A stretch of 40,373 nucleotides of DNA from a virus. Both the position numbers and the translations under genes were made by a program. Where the stretch lies: IMG/VR virus record IMGVR_UViG_3300042286_000057; one strand, given 5' to 3'. Below, piece by piece: positions 30,905 to 39,433 of this stretch (within the stretch, counting starts at the first letter, position 1; each line of letters opens with the position of its first letter). Below the pieces are notes generated by a model that made no database searches, was not told the DNA's origin, and saw only the letters and a program-made list of their open reading frames with translations.

Positions 30905-31947
30905 CAGCCAAACCCCCTTATAGTCTTAGCCGCCTGCCCCGCAAAGTTCATCTTGTAGCGTACTACGCAACGGCATTGTATCGTTTCGCCCGCCGGGGCG
31001 CCCAGGCTGCTATCCCCTGGCCGCATAAGCTGATAGCCGCCAACCGTGAAAGGCTGGTCAATCGGCATCTCCTGCCCGTCGGCGGCCGCGTGCGTTGGTC
31101 GCGTTCGCGCGTCGCCACTTGCGTCCCAGACCTTGGTGGCAAACTCCCGTTCAAGCTCTCCGGTTTCGACCGCCTGCCGTATCGCCTCGTCTTGCCCAGC
31201 TCTCAAGGCGTTAATGCTCTCAGTGCGGGCGATGGTTTCGGCCCGGTAATTCAGGACACTGGCTTGGTAACGGCTAACAGCTGCGTCAATTTGCTTTGCC
31301 TTTAACGGTTTGCCAGAATCCATGGCCTTTTTAAATGCACCATCTAGCCGCCTGTCTCTACGCTGCCTTGTTAGATAGTTCGGGTCCAGCGTCTCAAGCT
31401 CGCGCCTGGCATTGCGCACCCACTCCGCCTGATTCGATGTCAACCCAATAAACCCGCCCGTCCTCTGCTTGGTCACAGGATCAATCCGCCCCACTAGATC
31501 CAGCGCAGACGTGCGAGGGCCGACGCCTTCCGCCAGGTTCGCCGTCAGCACAGACCGCACAACCTCCCGAGTCTCGTCGGCAATCTCGACAATGCGGGTT
31601 GACGACCAGTTGCGCAGCCATTCCTCGGCACGAGGTGCCCGCACGTTAAACCTCGCCACAAGCGTTCCAGCCTCGACAGGGATGCGCCCAATCTGAGCCG
31701 CGCCCGTTGCCCCGCCTTTTTCGTAAGCGGCAATCACGGCGTTTTCAAGCGGCCTAAAGGTGGTTGGGTCAAGTTGCAGCAGATTGACGACGCCTTCGAT
31801 GTCGCCACGGTTGATAAGCGCGGCAATCTCGGCAATGACCGCCTGATCCTTGACGGACTGGACGGCCTTGCGGAAGGCGCTGAGGACGGCGCGTTCGTTG
31901 TCTTTTGCTATTCGGGAGAGGTTCACTTTCTGCACCCGACAAACCAC
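30904..31947 (-). CDS. minor head protein, Mu F / SPP1 gp7 family (probable GTG start at 31926)
   Basis: WDASGDARTRPTHAAADGQ ... PGDSSLGAPAGETIQCRCV is the family's C-terminal signature. Confidence 0.85.
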   Translation of the reverse strand: MVCRVQKVNLSRIAKDNERAVLSAFRKAVQSVKDQAVIAEIAALINRGDIEGVVNLLQLDPTTFRPLENAVIAAYEKGGATGAAQIGRIPVEAGTLVARFNVRAPRAEEWLRNWSSTRIVEIADETREVVRSVLTANLAEGVGPRTSALDLVGRIDPVTKQRTGGFIGLTSNQAEWVRNARRELETLDPNYLTRQRRDRRLDGAFKKAMDSGKPLKAKQIDAAVSRYQASVLNYRAETIARTESINALRAGQDEAIRQAVETGELEREFATKVWDASGDARTRPTHAAADGQEMPIDQPFTVGGYQLMRPGDSSLGAPAGETIQCRCVVRYKMNFAGQAAKTIRGFG

Positions 31948-32285
31948 ACCAACTGCCCATCAGCAGGCAGAACAGTAGGCGAGTCAACCATCACAATCTG
32001 GTACGTTTCGCCGTTAATCGTCATCGTACCCGACAACGTAGGCTCAACCTCAAACGGCGCAACGGCTAAAAGAATGTCAGTGGCGACGATATAGCCGCCG
32101 TCGATGTAGGTCTGCTTTTCGCGGCCCTGAGGCTGTACGGCGCTAACTGGGTATGACTGGCCGGGAGTGGGTGGGTTAAACGGATCGCCGTCTGAGCCTG
32201 GGGCGTTATAGACCACCGCGCCCTGCTTGTACTTGGTCAGCAGGCGGCTGGCTGTGGACTGCATGCGGTCATAAAAGGCGCTCAT
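31923..32285 (-). CDS. head closure / adaptor-like protein (120 aa)
   Basis: Assigned from position in the connector cluster. No firm motif. Confidence 0.7.
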   Translation of the reverse strand: MSAFYDRMQSTASRLLTKYKQGAVVYNAPGSDGDPFNPPTPGQSYPVSAVQPQGREKQTYIDGGYIVATDILLAVAPFEVEPTLSGTMTINGETYQIVMVDSPTVLPADGQLVWFVGCRK

Positions 32286-32443
32286 TGCACACCTCGCTCT
32301 AACGCTTCGATGTCGCTATCATCATGCACAATATCATCATGCACAAATAAATAGCCTTCATGCTCCCCGCTTTTCACCTCTTCGCGGTTGCTTGCCTCTA
32401 TGGTTCGCCCGCATACGGGGCAGTATTGGAATCCTTCAGTCAT
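32282..32443 (-). CDS. hypothetical 53-aa protein (CPVCG motif)
   Basis: ATG 32443 overlaps the upstream stop by 8 nt, and its stop overlaps the next ATG. Translates MTEGFQYCPVCGRTIEASNREEVKSGEHEGYLFVHDDIVHDDSDIEALERGVQ. Below the track cutoff. Confidence 0.5.
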   Translation of the reverse strand: MTEGFQYCPVCGRTIEASNREEVKSGEHEGYLFVHDDIVHDDSDIEALERGVQ

Positions 32444-32675
32444 GCTCAAACCCCGTCATGGCTAGGTCATGCTGCAATAGCGTAACCGCTCCAATAAGCG
32501 AAAGGACTGCGCCGCCGCCTACTTCAAACGCCGTACCAAAGGTGCGGTCAGCCTCTACGGTTGCCACCGCCAAGCCCTGAATTCGGCCCTCTTTGGCCTC
32601 GGCCAGCAGCTGCTCACACATTTCGATTACGTCGGGGTCTGGCTTGGCGGTATGGATTGGCCTGATTTCAGCCAC
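32436..32675 (-). CDS. hypothetical structural protein (79 aa from GTG 32675)
   Basis: GTG with a GAGGTG SD, overlapping the upstream stop. The frame is that of track ORF 32436..32705. Confidence 0.6.
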   Translation of the reverse strand: MAEIRPIHTAKPDPDVIEMCEQLLAEAKEGRIQGLAVATVEADRTFGTAFEVGGGAVLSLIGAVTLLQHDLAMTGFEHD

Positions 32676-33036
32676 GGCGCACCTCAAACGTATTCCCACC
32701 AGCACTACCCAAATAAGGCCGCAACAGCGCCGCCAACTGCGGGTAGTAGGTTGACTGCCTCCCGGTGTCGCTGTAGCTCACAGACACGGCTCCTGCCACG
32801 CTCTCGGACAACACGCGCTGGCCCTGCGGGGCTAGCAGGTCTTCGCCTGAGTCGATCAGCAGGGCGGCAACCATTTGGGCGGTTTTGATCTGGTCAGGCA
32901 CAGGGTCAGGGACAGTTAGGTTTTGCGTGTCCAGGTAGTCCATGGCTTTGATCAGCAAAACGTCAGGGTCGCCAACCAGCGTTATTCCTCGGGCGCTGGC
33001 GTAGCCTTGCAGTTCTGTAGCGGTTGCGTAGCTCAT
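32668..33036 (-). CDS. head-tail connector (gp6-like adaptor, 122 aa)
   Basis: The N-terminal MSYATATELQGYASARG...LIKAMDYL pattern. It is the first gene after the capsid terminator. Confidence 0.7.
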   Translation of the reverse strand: MSYATATELQGYASARGITLVGDPDVLLIKAMDYLDTQNLTVPDPVPDQIKTAQMVAALLIDSGEDLLAPQGQRVLSESVAGAVSVSYSDTGRQSTYYPQLAALLRPYLGSAGGNTFEVRRG

Positions 33037-33063
33037 TATTGAGGCTCCGTTTAATTTTCACTC

Positions 33064-33072
33064 ATTCTAGCA
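33064..33072 (-). promoter_or_regulatory. possible extended -10 promoter element (TGcTAGAAT)
   Basis: The minus strand reads TGCTAGAAT directly after the terminator T-tract, about 28 nt upstream of ATG 33036. Confidence 0.35.
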
Positions 33073-33073
33073 C

Positions 33074-33099
33074 AAAAAAGCCCCGCATATAGCAGGGCT
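33074..33099 (-). terminator. intrinsic terminator after the capsid gene block
   Basis: The minus strand reads AGCCCTGC-TATAT-GCGGGGCT (8 bp with one G-U pair) followed by TTTTTTG. Confidence 0.8.
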
Positions 33100-33117
33100 C
33101 CTTTGCAGCCTTTCGGC

Positions 33118-33294
33118 TTAGTCTTCGTCTTTCTTGGCAGGCCGTCCGCGCTTTGCTTGCTCGGGCTCGGCCTTTGGGTTTTTGGACAGGGACTCAATCA
33201 GGCTCTCGTCTTCCGTCTGGATAACGCCGCCCTTTGAATGAATCACCTGTCCCTTGTGAACTACGCTGTAGCCTTCAGGGACAGTGAATTTCAC
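33118..33294 (-). CDS. hypothetical 58-aa protein after the capsid gene (GTG start)
   Basis: GTG 33294 overlaps the capsid stop (GTGA) and follows GGAGG. Translates VKFTVPEGYSVVHKGQVIHSKGGVIQTEDESLIESLSKNPKAEPEQAKRGRPAKKDED. Confidence 0.5.
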   Translation of the reverse strand: MKFTVPEGYSVVHKGQVIHSKGGVIQTEDESLIESLSKNPKAEPEQAKRGRPAKKDED

Positions 33295-34457
33295 GCCAAC
33301 CTCCTATAGGTCAGACCGTACAGGCGGCCCATGTGGGTTTTGCTCTGGCGGATCTCCATGGCAAAGTCACCGATGATGCGAGTCCGCTGGCCGTCTTGGC
33401 CGTTCTGGGTCGCGTCCACGGTGCGCCATGCGCCGCTGGCCTCGGCATTGCCGGATGCCATCGGGACCACGCTGATCATGCCAGCATCGAAGATTACCAG
33501 CTCGTCGTCTGCCAGGTTGGTATCAACCACGATGCGGTTAACGTTGCCAACCAGCGGCAGGTCGGACGGCAGCATCATCAGGCTGCCCTCGTCAGCAGCC
33601 CACTCTTGCAGCCGCTGGGAGTTGTAGTTAGCCGCTACCAGCGCGGACAGCGCGCGGGCCTGCTTGATGCCTACGGCGATGGTGTTAGCCGTACCGCCAC
33701 GAGACACGATCTCGGCGTTGATGGCGTTGATCTTGTCCAGGGTCAGGGCGCCAGCGCCGTCAGTGTTAATTGCGCCGGTCTGATCCAGGTAATACCGCAG
33801 ACCGCCGGTGTAGGTCACAGTTTCGCCGCCAATGATGGCGGTTGCTTTGCGGCCACGAACCAGCGCCCTGTCCATCTGGATAGTCAGTTGTCGGATACGC
33901 TCGGACACCTGGAACGCCAGGTCGTTGGTGTTGCCGAACTGGATGGTAGCCAGCGCGCGGCGGCTGAACTCAACGGCGGTGTCCATGGTCTGGAAGAAGT
34001 TCTCAACCGGATCAGGTTGGAAAATGCCGTCGTTCTGGGCCAGCGAGTTTTCCTCGCGGCCAACAGAGTCAATGGTCAGCTCGGTCCCGGACGCGATGTC
34101 GGCAGCGGTAGTGCCTCCAAAGCCACGGGTCACGGTCAGGTCGTTGCCAGACACGGCAGTGACCAACAGCACCTCATCGGAACCTTTCGGGCTGACAGTC
34201 ATGCCTGCGCGGAACTTGGTGCCGTCAGCCACCGATACGGTAGTGGCGGCGGCCAGGGCCGCAGCAGTGGTCTCGGAACTGGTCGCGTCAACGCGCATAT
34301 CCAGCCAGCCCATCTTGTAGCCTTCAAACGCGGCGCGCGGTGCGCCCATGCTGACGGCTTGCAGGATGCCGGTGCGGTTGGAGCGCGCAATCTCAAACGC
34401 TTCGTTAATGACCTTGTCGTTCAGCAGTGCGGACAGGTCGGGGGAGTTAATAGCCAT
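33291..34457 (-). CDS. major capsid protein (388 aa; SU10/DUF5309-like)
   Basis: Position after the scaffold gene, size, and a following terminator. The overall pattern resembles SU10-type capsid proteins. Confidence 0.9.
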   Translation of the reverse strand: MAINSPDLSALLNDKVINEAFEIARSNRTGILQAVSMGAPRAAFEGYKMGWLDMRVDATSSETTAAALAAATTVSVADGTKFRAGMTVSPKGSDEVLLVTAVSGNDLTVTRGFGGTTAADIASGTELTIDSVGREENSLAQNDGIFQPDPVENFFQTMDTAVEFSRRALATIQFGNTNDLAFQVSERIRQLTIQMDRALVRGRKATAIIGGETVTYTGGLRYYLDQTGAINTDGAGALTLDKINAINAEIVSRGGTANTIAVGIKQARALSALVAANYNSQRLQEWAADEGSLMMLPSDLPLVGNVNRIVVDTNLADDELVIFDAGMISVVPMASGNAEASGAWRTVDATQNGQDGQRTRIIGDFAMEIRQSKTHMGRLYGLTYRRLA

Positions 34458-34468
34458 GTGTCACCTCG

Positions 34469-35119
34469 TCAATTCTTGATATGGGCAGTTAGGAAACCGG
34501 TCAGGTCTCCCTTTGATTTTGCGGCATCTGCCGCTGCATTACCATCGCCTGCCCCACCGGGGCGACCTGATCCGGTGGCACCGCCACCTGTTGCGCCGCT
34601 TCCGTCAGTCAGAAACGGGTAATTCTCCTTGAGGTGTTCGACGATCTTGGCCTGATCGACCTGTACGCCGCCCATCTCGTAAACCACACCGTCTTCGGTG
34701 TATCGGGCAAACTTCTGAATCTTTTCGGCCAGCAGCTCCGCTCGCTTTGTGTCTCGCGTCAGCTCGGACGCAATCTTGCCAGCCGCACCCTCTACTGCGC
34801 GCTCAGCCTCACGGCGGTCACGCTCTTTGATCTCACGGTCAAGGCGTTCCGCCCGTTCCCGCTCAGCCTCATACAGGGACTGAAACTCGCCGTTCTCTTT
34901 CTGGCGCTTTTCTTCGGCCAGGCGCTGGGCCTCTTCCAGCTCTTGCGCCCGCTGCTTTGCGGTCTTGGTCTCGTCCAGCAATTTGCTGTGGTGAGACTTC
35001 AGCCGGTCAAGCTCGGCCAGTTTTTCCTGAATGTCTTTCGGCAGTTCCGGCGCGGCTTCAGTGGTTGCCGTTTCGGTTGTCTCTACCGCTCCAGTGGTTT
35101 CGGTTGCTTCTTCGCTCAC
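34469..35119 (-). CDS. scaffolding protein (216 aa)
   Basis: Glu/Ala/Lys-rich coiled coil between the portal and capsid genes. Confidence 0.75.
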   Translation of the reverse strand: MSEEATETTGAVETTETATTEAAPELPKDIQEKLAELDRLKSHHSKLLDETKTAKQRAQELEEAQRLAEEKRQKENGEFQSLYEAERERAERLDREIKERDRREAERAVEGAAGKIASELTRDTKRAELLAEKIQKFARYTEDGVVYEMGGVQVDQAKIVEHLKENYPFLTDGSGATGGGATGSGRPGGAGDGNAAADAAKSKGDLTGFLTAHIKN

Positions 35120-35177
35120 AGAGCATTCTCCTTTCCCGCACGGCGGGCCAGTGGTTAGGTGTTTTGATTATAAGCCT

Positions 35178-36599
35178 TTACATCTCGCCGGGCAAACTGT
35201 CAACTAAACCGGACGCGGCATCCTCCAGAATCTCGTCATCGGTGCGCGACGGGTCAAGCTGAATTCTGCCTTGCCGGATAGCATACAGCACGTCACGGTC
35301 TCCAATGCTGCCAAGCTGGCGGGCCTGCACAACGGCCAGCAAGTCTTGTGCGGATAGTCCGGATTCCCAATAGCTATCATTCAGGCGGTACTCGATGTCG
35401 TTCGGGTTAACGCCAAGGAATCGGGCGAAGTCCTCAAGAGCGGCCTCGATGCACTCCGAAGCATTGCCAACGACCACGTCAAGGACGCTCGCTTCTGCGC
35501 TGGCATTTATGCGGGCGGCTTCTGCGGTCTCTGCCTGCCCGCCACGCTGCACCAGCTGCGCGCCGAGGGCCACCATCTCGGATTCGATGTCTTTTTTGAC
35601 CTCGCGGTTATAGTCTGTCGATTGTGCCTGCACAACTTCCAGCTTTCCGCCCTTGGTCTTCAGGCCGTGGCGGTTTCCGAAACTGATAGGGCCGGGGTTG
35701 TGCTGTGCCCACTCATCCAGATCAGTTTCGCCCACGTCCACATGCAACATCGGCTGAGTGCCAACGTAGCCAGATTCCATTACGTTCGCCGTGGTCTGGT
35801 AATGGGCGATATTGGCACGGGCCACGTCATACAGCGGCGGCATGTCGACGCCTGGAAGATTGGTCTTGGCGCCTGCAATGTGGAGCGGTATATGATCAAA
35901 AGGTGCGCCGCCGGCCATGCGCGGAATGTACTCATCTTTCATCGGATTGCCGGCGTCGTCGTAAATCTGCTGAGTATAAACGCCGTCCCTAAGCCTAAGA
36001 ACGCGGTACCTAGTCTCAGTTTCATGGCCAAACTCATCCTCGTCGTTCGCGTCCACATATTCTCGCAACACGGCACGGGTCAGAACCTGGCGGCCTCGGA
36101 TACCCTCAAAGTGCCAGTTGATCAGGTTCTCGAAATGGTAGGCGGCGATGGTCGGGCGCAGCCCTAATCGCGCCTCGGTCTCACTGTCCGCGTTTTCCGG
36201 CGCTTCCGGGTAGTCCACCAGGAGGAAGAACTTGCCAGCCTCCAGCAGCTCGCCAACCATCTCTTTGCTGACTTGTTCGAGACTTTGGCCTGCCCCGTCA
36301 ATATCCTCTCGATATTGCTCAAGCTGGCTCGGCAGATTTACGACTGGCTCCTTGCGGAACACCATGCCAATCATGCTTTCTTTGGTGCGGCCTGTGACGC
36401 CCAGAAAGTAGGCCCGATTGATGTAGCCGATGTAGTGATCAGTGTATGCGCCGGTGTCAGGGTCTTTGGCAAAATCGGCCGGTAGATACAGCTCCCGCTT
36501 CGCCTTAATGGCAGGATCTCCACCGCACGCATCCCGGACAGCCGTCACAATGGGCAGCATGTGCGAATATTCTGGGTGTAGCGTCGTATGCACCGGCAT
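35178..36599 (-). CDS. portal protein (DUF4055-type, 473 aa)
   Basis: Position after TerL, size, and the N-terminal YSHMLPIVTAVRDACGG...AIKAKRELYLP pattern. Confidence 0.85.
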   Translation of the reverse strand: MPVHTTLHPEYSHMLPIVTAVRDACGGDPAIKAKRELYLPADFAKDPDTGAYTDHYIGYINRAYFLGVTGRTKESMIGMVFRKEPVVNLPSQLEQYREDIDGAGQSLEQVSKEMVGELLEAGKFFLLVDYPEAPENADSETEARLGLRPTIAAYHFENLINWHFEGIRGRQVLTRAVLREYVDANDEDEFGHETETRYRVLRLRDGVYTQQIYDDAGNPMKDEYIPRMAGGAPFDHIPLHIAGAKTNLPGVDMPPLYDVARANIAHYQTTANVMESGYVGTQPMLHVDVGETDLDEWAQHNPGPISFGNRHGLKTKGGKLEVVQAQSTDYNREVKKDIESEMVALGAQLVQRGGQAETAEAARINASAEASVLDVVVGNASECIEAALEDFARFLGVNPNDIEYRLNDSYWESGLSAQDLLAVVQARQLGSIGDRDVLYAIRQGRIQLDPSRTDDEILEDAASGLVDSLPGEM

Positions 36600-36636
36600 G
36601 GCTTATTCCTGTCAAGCGTTTTCGGTAGTATATCAG

Positions 36637-37863
36637 TTAGTTCATTTTGAAAGTAACTTGTGGCATTTGTTTGCGCGTAATCATCGGCTCAACAGCATAC
36701 CTCACAGCATCCCATCCGTGGTTGTGCGCATCAACCAGCTTGGTCGTTATGTCGCCGGTCAACCTGTCCACCCTGTAGCTGTACAGCCTAGCCTCTTTGC
36801 GCATGTTGTCGCATCGCGGATGAATCACGATTCGCCGGAATGACCGCAAGAACTGGATGCCATCCTCTACGCTGCCCTGCCATTTCTTCACCGCCTGAAT
36901 GCGCGGTAAGCCATGGCGCTTCAGGTGACTGATCGACTCGGGCCGAGCGCAATCCCATCGGCTAACCTCTTTATCAAAGCCGGGTATTTTGGCGCACACG
37001 TAGGCCGCCGTGTCATCCAGCTCAAGCCCTACTTTGAACGCCTCTCGGTGAATATACAGGTCGTCGCCATGAATCCACAATTCAACCGCTGCCGTGGGGT
37101 CCTGCGAAAAACCGAAGTCGCCGCCGTAGTACGGGCCTTGCCAGTCCTGCCCTGGGGTGAACTCCTGAATCTTGATCTTGCCGTGGAACACTTGCGCGTC
37201 TGAGTTCTCAAGGTACGCTCCTTCCCATACGTGCGCGTAGGTGGCTGGGTCTAGCCGCTCTTGCTCTCGCTTTCGCAAGGCTTCCAGCCCTTCTGGAAAG
37301 TAGGGATTGTCGTGCCAGTTGACCTCGGCGATCAATGCGTTTTCAGGCGGGTTTTTTCTGAACCGCTTATCGACCGGGCTGCCGTCCTCTTTCGGGTTCC
37401 AGATCGCCACAAGCTCGCTATTGGGTTGGCGAAAAACCGTGGCCTCAAGATCAAGCCAGGACTGCTCCGGGACGGTTTCCGCTTCCTCGACGATGGTTAG
37501 ATCAATCTTCGCTAACGACTTGATCGCTTGGCTGTTATGCCGCAACCCGCGAAAGATGAACTCCGTCCCGTTCTTGCCCTTCAGGTAGTCCACGCCAACG
37601 TCATAATGCGCCTCTAGCCAGGGGTAGGACGCAATCGCGGCCTTCAGCTCGGCGTGGAAGGACTCTTTGATGCTCGCCTGAAACTCTCGCGTGCAGAGTA
37701 TGCGCAGGGGTTGCGCGTAGCCCCATATTGCAGCCATAAGGGCCACGCTGAACGACTTGCCCGAACCCCGCCCACCGTACAGAGCGCGGTATCTTGCGCT
37801 GCCAAGCGGCGGAGAGAGGACGGGCAGGATTTTAGAGGGGAGCTTAATCGTTGCCGTTGTCAT
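36637..37863 (-). CDS. terL: terminase large subunit (PBSX/Terminase_3-like, 408 aa)
   Basis: Walker A is GGRGSGKS and Walker B-like is LTIVEEAE. The C-terminal nuclease region contains GGDFGFSQDP. Confidence 0.9.
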   Translation of the reverse strand: MTTATIKLPSKILPVLSPPLGSARYRALYGGRGSGKSFSVALMAAIWGYAQPLRILCTREFQASIKESFHAELKAAIASYPWLEAHYDVGVDYLKGKNGTEFIFRGLRHNSQAIKSLAKIDLTIVEEAETVPEQSWLDLEATVFRQPNSELVAIWNPKEDGSPVDKRFRKNPPENALIAEVNWHDNPYFPEGLEALRKREQERLDPATYAHVWEGAYLENSDAQVFHGKIKIQEFTPGQDWQGPYYGGDFGFSQDPTAAVELWIHGDDLYIHREAFKVGLELDDTAAYVCAKIPGFDKEVSRWDCARPESISHLKRHGLPRIQAVKKWQGSVEDGIQFLRSFRRIVIHPRCDNMRKEARLYSYRVDRLTGDITTKLVDAHNHGWDAVRYAVEPMITRKQMPQVTFKMN

Positions 37864-38236
37864 CGGATTGCGCGGACTCTATGACAATGCGGGTTGGGGT
37901 CATGCTGCCGTCAGGGCTGGAGTGCTCGATGTGCTGCTTCTCAATCATGCCCAGCTTAGCCTTGGCACAGAAGATCAGCACAGGCGCACTGCCAGACGGC
38001 AGGCCCTCGGTTACGGCAATGCGCAGACGCTCATGCCACCAAGCGTGGGACGCCTCTTTTGCCAGCTCGTATGCCGCCTTGAACTCTGGATACTTGTCTA
38101 CCCATTGATAAAAGCACGACCGATGAATGCCGAGCACCTTGCAGACTTCCAGCACGTCCTGCCCTTCGCTGAACATCTCCGGCAGCCGTTCGGCGTATTC
38201 TGGCTTGTACTTTGGGCCTTTTTCTTGCTTGGCCAT
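37844..38236 (-). CDS. terS: terminase small subunit (130 aa)
   Basis: The HTH-like segment is DVLEVCKVLGIHRSCFYQWVDKYPEF. The gene overlaps the terL start. Confidence 0.75.
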   Translation of the reverse strand: MAKQEKGPKYKPEYAERLPEMFSEGQDVLEVCKVLGIHRSCFYQWVDKYPEFKAAYELAKEASHAWWHERLRIAVTEGLPSGSAPVLIFCAKAKLGMIEKQHIEHSSPDGSMTPTRIVIESAQSDDNGND

Positions 38237-38317
38237 AACTCACCTATTTGGAAGGGTTTGCCCAAAGTGTACCACAACAGAGGCAAGTCGCCATCCTTGG
38301 CAATCCTGCCTTTTCCG

Positions 38318-38344
38318 AAAAAAAAAATCCCCGCAATCGCGGGG
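38318..38344 (-). terminator. strong intrinsic terminator closing the accessory cassette upstream of terS
   Basis: The minus strand reads CCCCGC-GATT-GCGGGG, then A, then ten T residues. Confidence 0.85.
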
Positions 38345-38402
38345 CAAGATGGAGAGAGAGAGGAAGCCCCGACTATCTGCCGCCGTCGGGAGGGCGGTGG
38401 GA

Positions 38403-38479
38403 TGGTGGGCCAAGGCGGCTATGCTCCGCTCCTCCTGCCGATTATGAGTCGGCTGCTCTGCTGATTGAGCTATTGGCCC
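38403..38479 (-). tRNA. tRNA-like gene with a CAU anticodon (Met or Ile2 type), encoded CCA, and non-canonical D and T loops
   Basis: Manual fold: acceptor GGGCCAA/TTGGCCC, U8, D stem GCTC/GAGC, anticodon stem GCCGA/TCGGC with loop CUCAUAA, discriminator A, then CCA. The T stem is only 4 bp plus an A-C mismatch. The T loop is AGCAUAG rather than UUCRANY, and the D loop AAUCAGCA lacks GG. Confidence 0.55.
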
Positions 38480-38540
38480 AGAATTAAAGTGAGGTGGCCG
38501 GTGCTGATCTCCGGCAAATATCAAAGCTCAAACCACCTAG

Positions 38541-38564
38541 GATTAAAGTCAGAATCGAACTGAC
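38541..38564 (-). ncRNA. orphan tRNA-like T arm plus 3' acceptor-like strand (no 5' partner found)
   Basis: The minus strand reads GTCAG-TTCGATT-CTGAC (a canonical T-arm shape) followed by TTTAATC. No complementary GATTAAA and no 7-nt anticodon loop occur upstream. Confidence 0.3.
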
Positions 38565-38855
38565 TGCCTCTGATCTGTTCCTGAGCGCATCAGCCTGCGC
38601 ATTCACCTCACTGAATTGGCCTCTGGCCGCCTCGTCAGACGGTCGTAGCATCGTCATGCAACAGAGGCCAAATCAGTGCCCGCTAGTTACCGCCTAACGG
38701 GATGCGTACAGCGTATCGCTTCACAGTGAGATTGCCTCCAGGCTTGTGGCTAGTTCGGCAAGCTCTAGCCGTGCACCGCAGATTAAGCGCTGCGGCCCGC
38801 TGACATGCAATTGTCATGGGTGACTATAGCTCAAACCTCACGGAGAACGCAAGGG

Positions 38856-39407
38856 CTACCTTCTTGCTGGCATTTTCCCATGATTTGCATGGTAGCCATA
38901 TCTAATCTCAGCTTCCTTTCTTGCTGCAACAGCTTCTTGCATAGTCCTAAAATATCCCAAGTAGATTCTTTCCCAGTTCACGCATATTTCAGCCGTGTAA
39001 TGCCCTGTTCTTTTTATCTTAAAAACGCCAGTTGTTCCGGTTTTGTTTTTCTTTGAGCGTCCAAGATTGTGCGCATTTTCTATTCTGCTTACCGGCCTTA
39101 GATTGCATATTCGATTGTCTTTCTTGTTGCCATTTATGTGATCCACTTCATCCGGTAGATAGCCATGTTCCATGAGAAAGATAACCCTGTGCGCATAATC
39201 TTTTTTACCATTAAATGACCCCATTAAATAACCGATGGTTATAGGAGTATTGAAGGCGGCTCTGCCAGCCCATTTTTTATTCCAGCCGAGATAGCCCTTT
39301 TCCGTCTTGAAGTATGATCTATCCCTCGGCCTCCAAAATATCAGACCAGAGTCAGGGCAATGAGTAAAATTCTCTAACAGCTCTTTTCTGTCAAACATAA
39401 CTATCAC
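38856..39407 (-). CDS. free-standing HNH homing endonuclease with a C-terminal AP2-like DNA-binding domain (183 aa)
   Basis: EVDHINGNKKDNRICNLRPVSRIENAHN is the HNH core and TGVFKIKRTGHYTAEICVNWERIYLGYFRTMQEAVAARKEAE is the AP2-like domain. The gene is visibly more AT-rich than the rest of the genome. Confidence 0.9.
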   Translation of the reverse strand: MIVMFDRKELLENFTHCPDSGLIFWRPRDRSYFKTEKGYLGWNKKWAGRAAFNTPITIGYLMGSFNGKKDYAHRVIFLMEHGYLPDEVDHINGNKKDNRICNLRPVSRIENAHNLGRSKKNKTGTTGVFKIKRTGHYTAEICVNWERIYLGYFRTMQEAVAARKEAEIRYGYHANHGKMPARR

Positions 39408-39433
39408 CGTGTAGTCATCACCGATTGAAAGGA

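Noticed and set aside
38403-38564. tRNA-derived attP site implying a temperate lifestyle
   Set aside because: No integrase, recombinase, excisionase or CI-type repressor gene is present anywhere in the 40.2-kb unit. A full-length cloverleaf with encoded CCA fits a phage tRNA gene better than an att core.
38541-38640. A complete second tRNA gene around the canonical T arm GTCAG-TTCGATT-CTGAC
   Set aside because: No sequence upstream can pair with the TTTAATC 3' acceptor strand. The only anticodon-like hairpin has a 6-nt (or 8-nt) loop, and no D arm could be placed. It is kept only as an orphan tRNA-like fragment.
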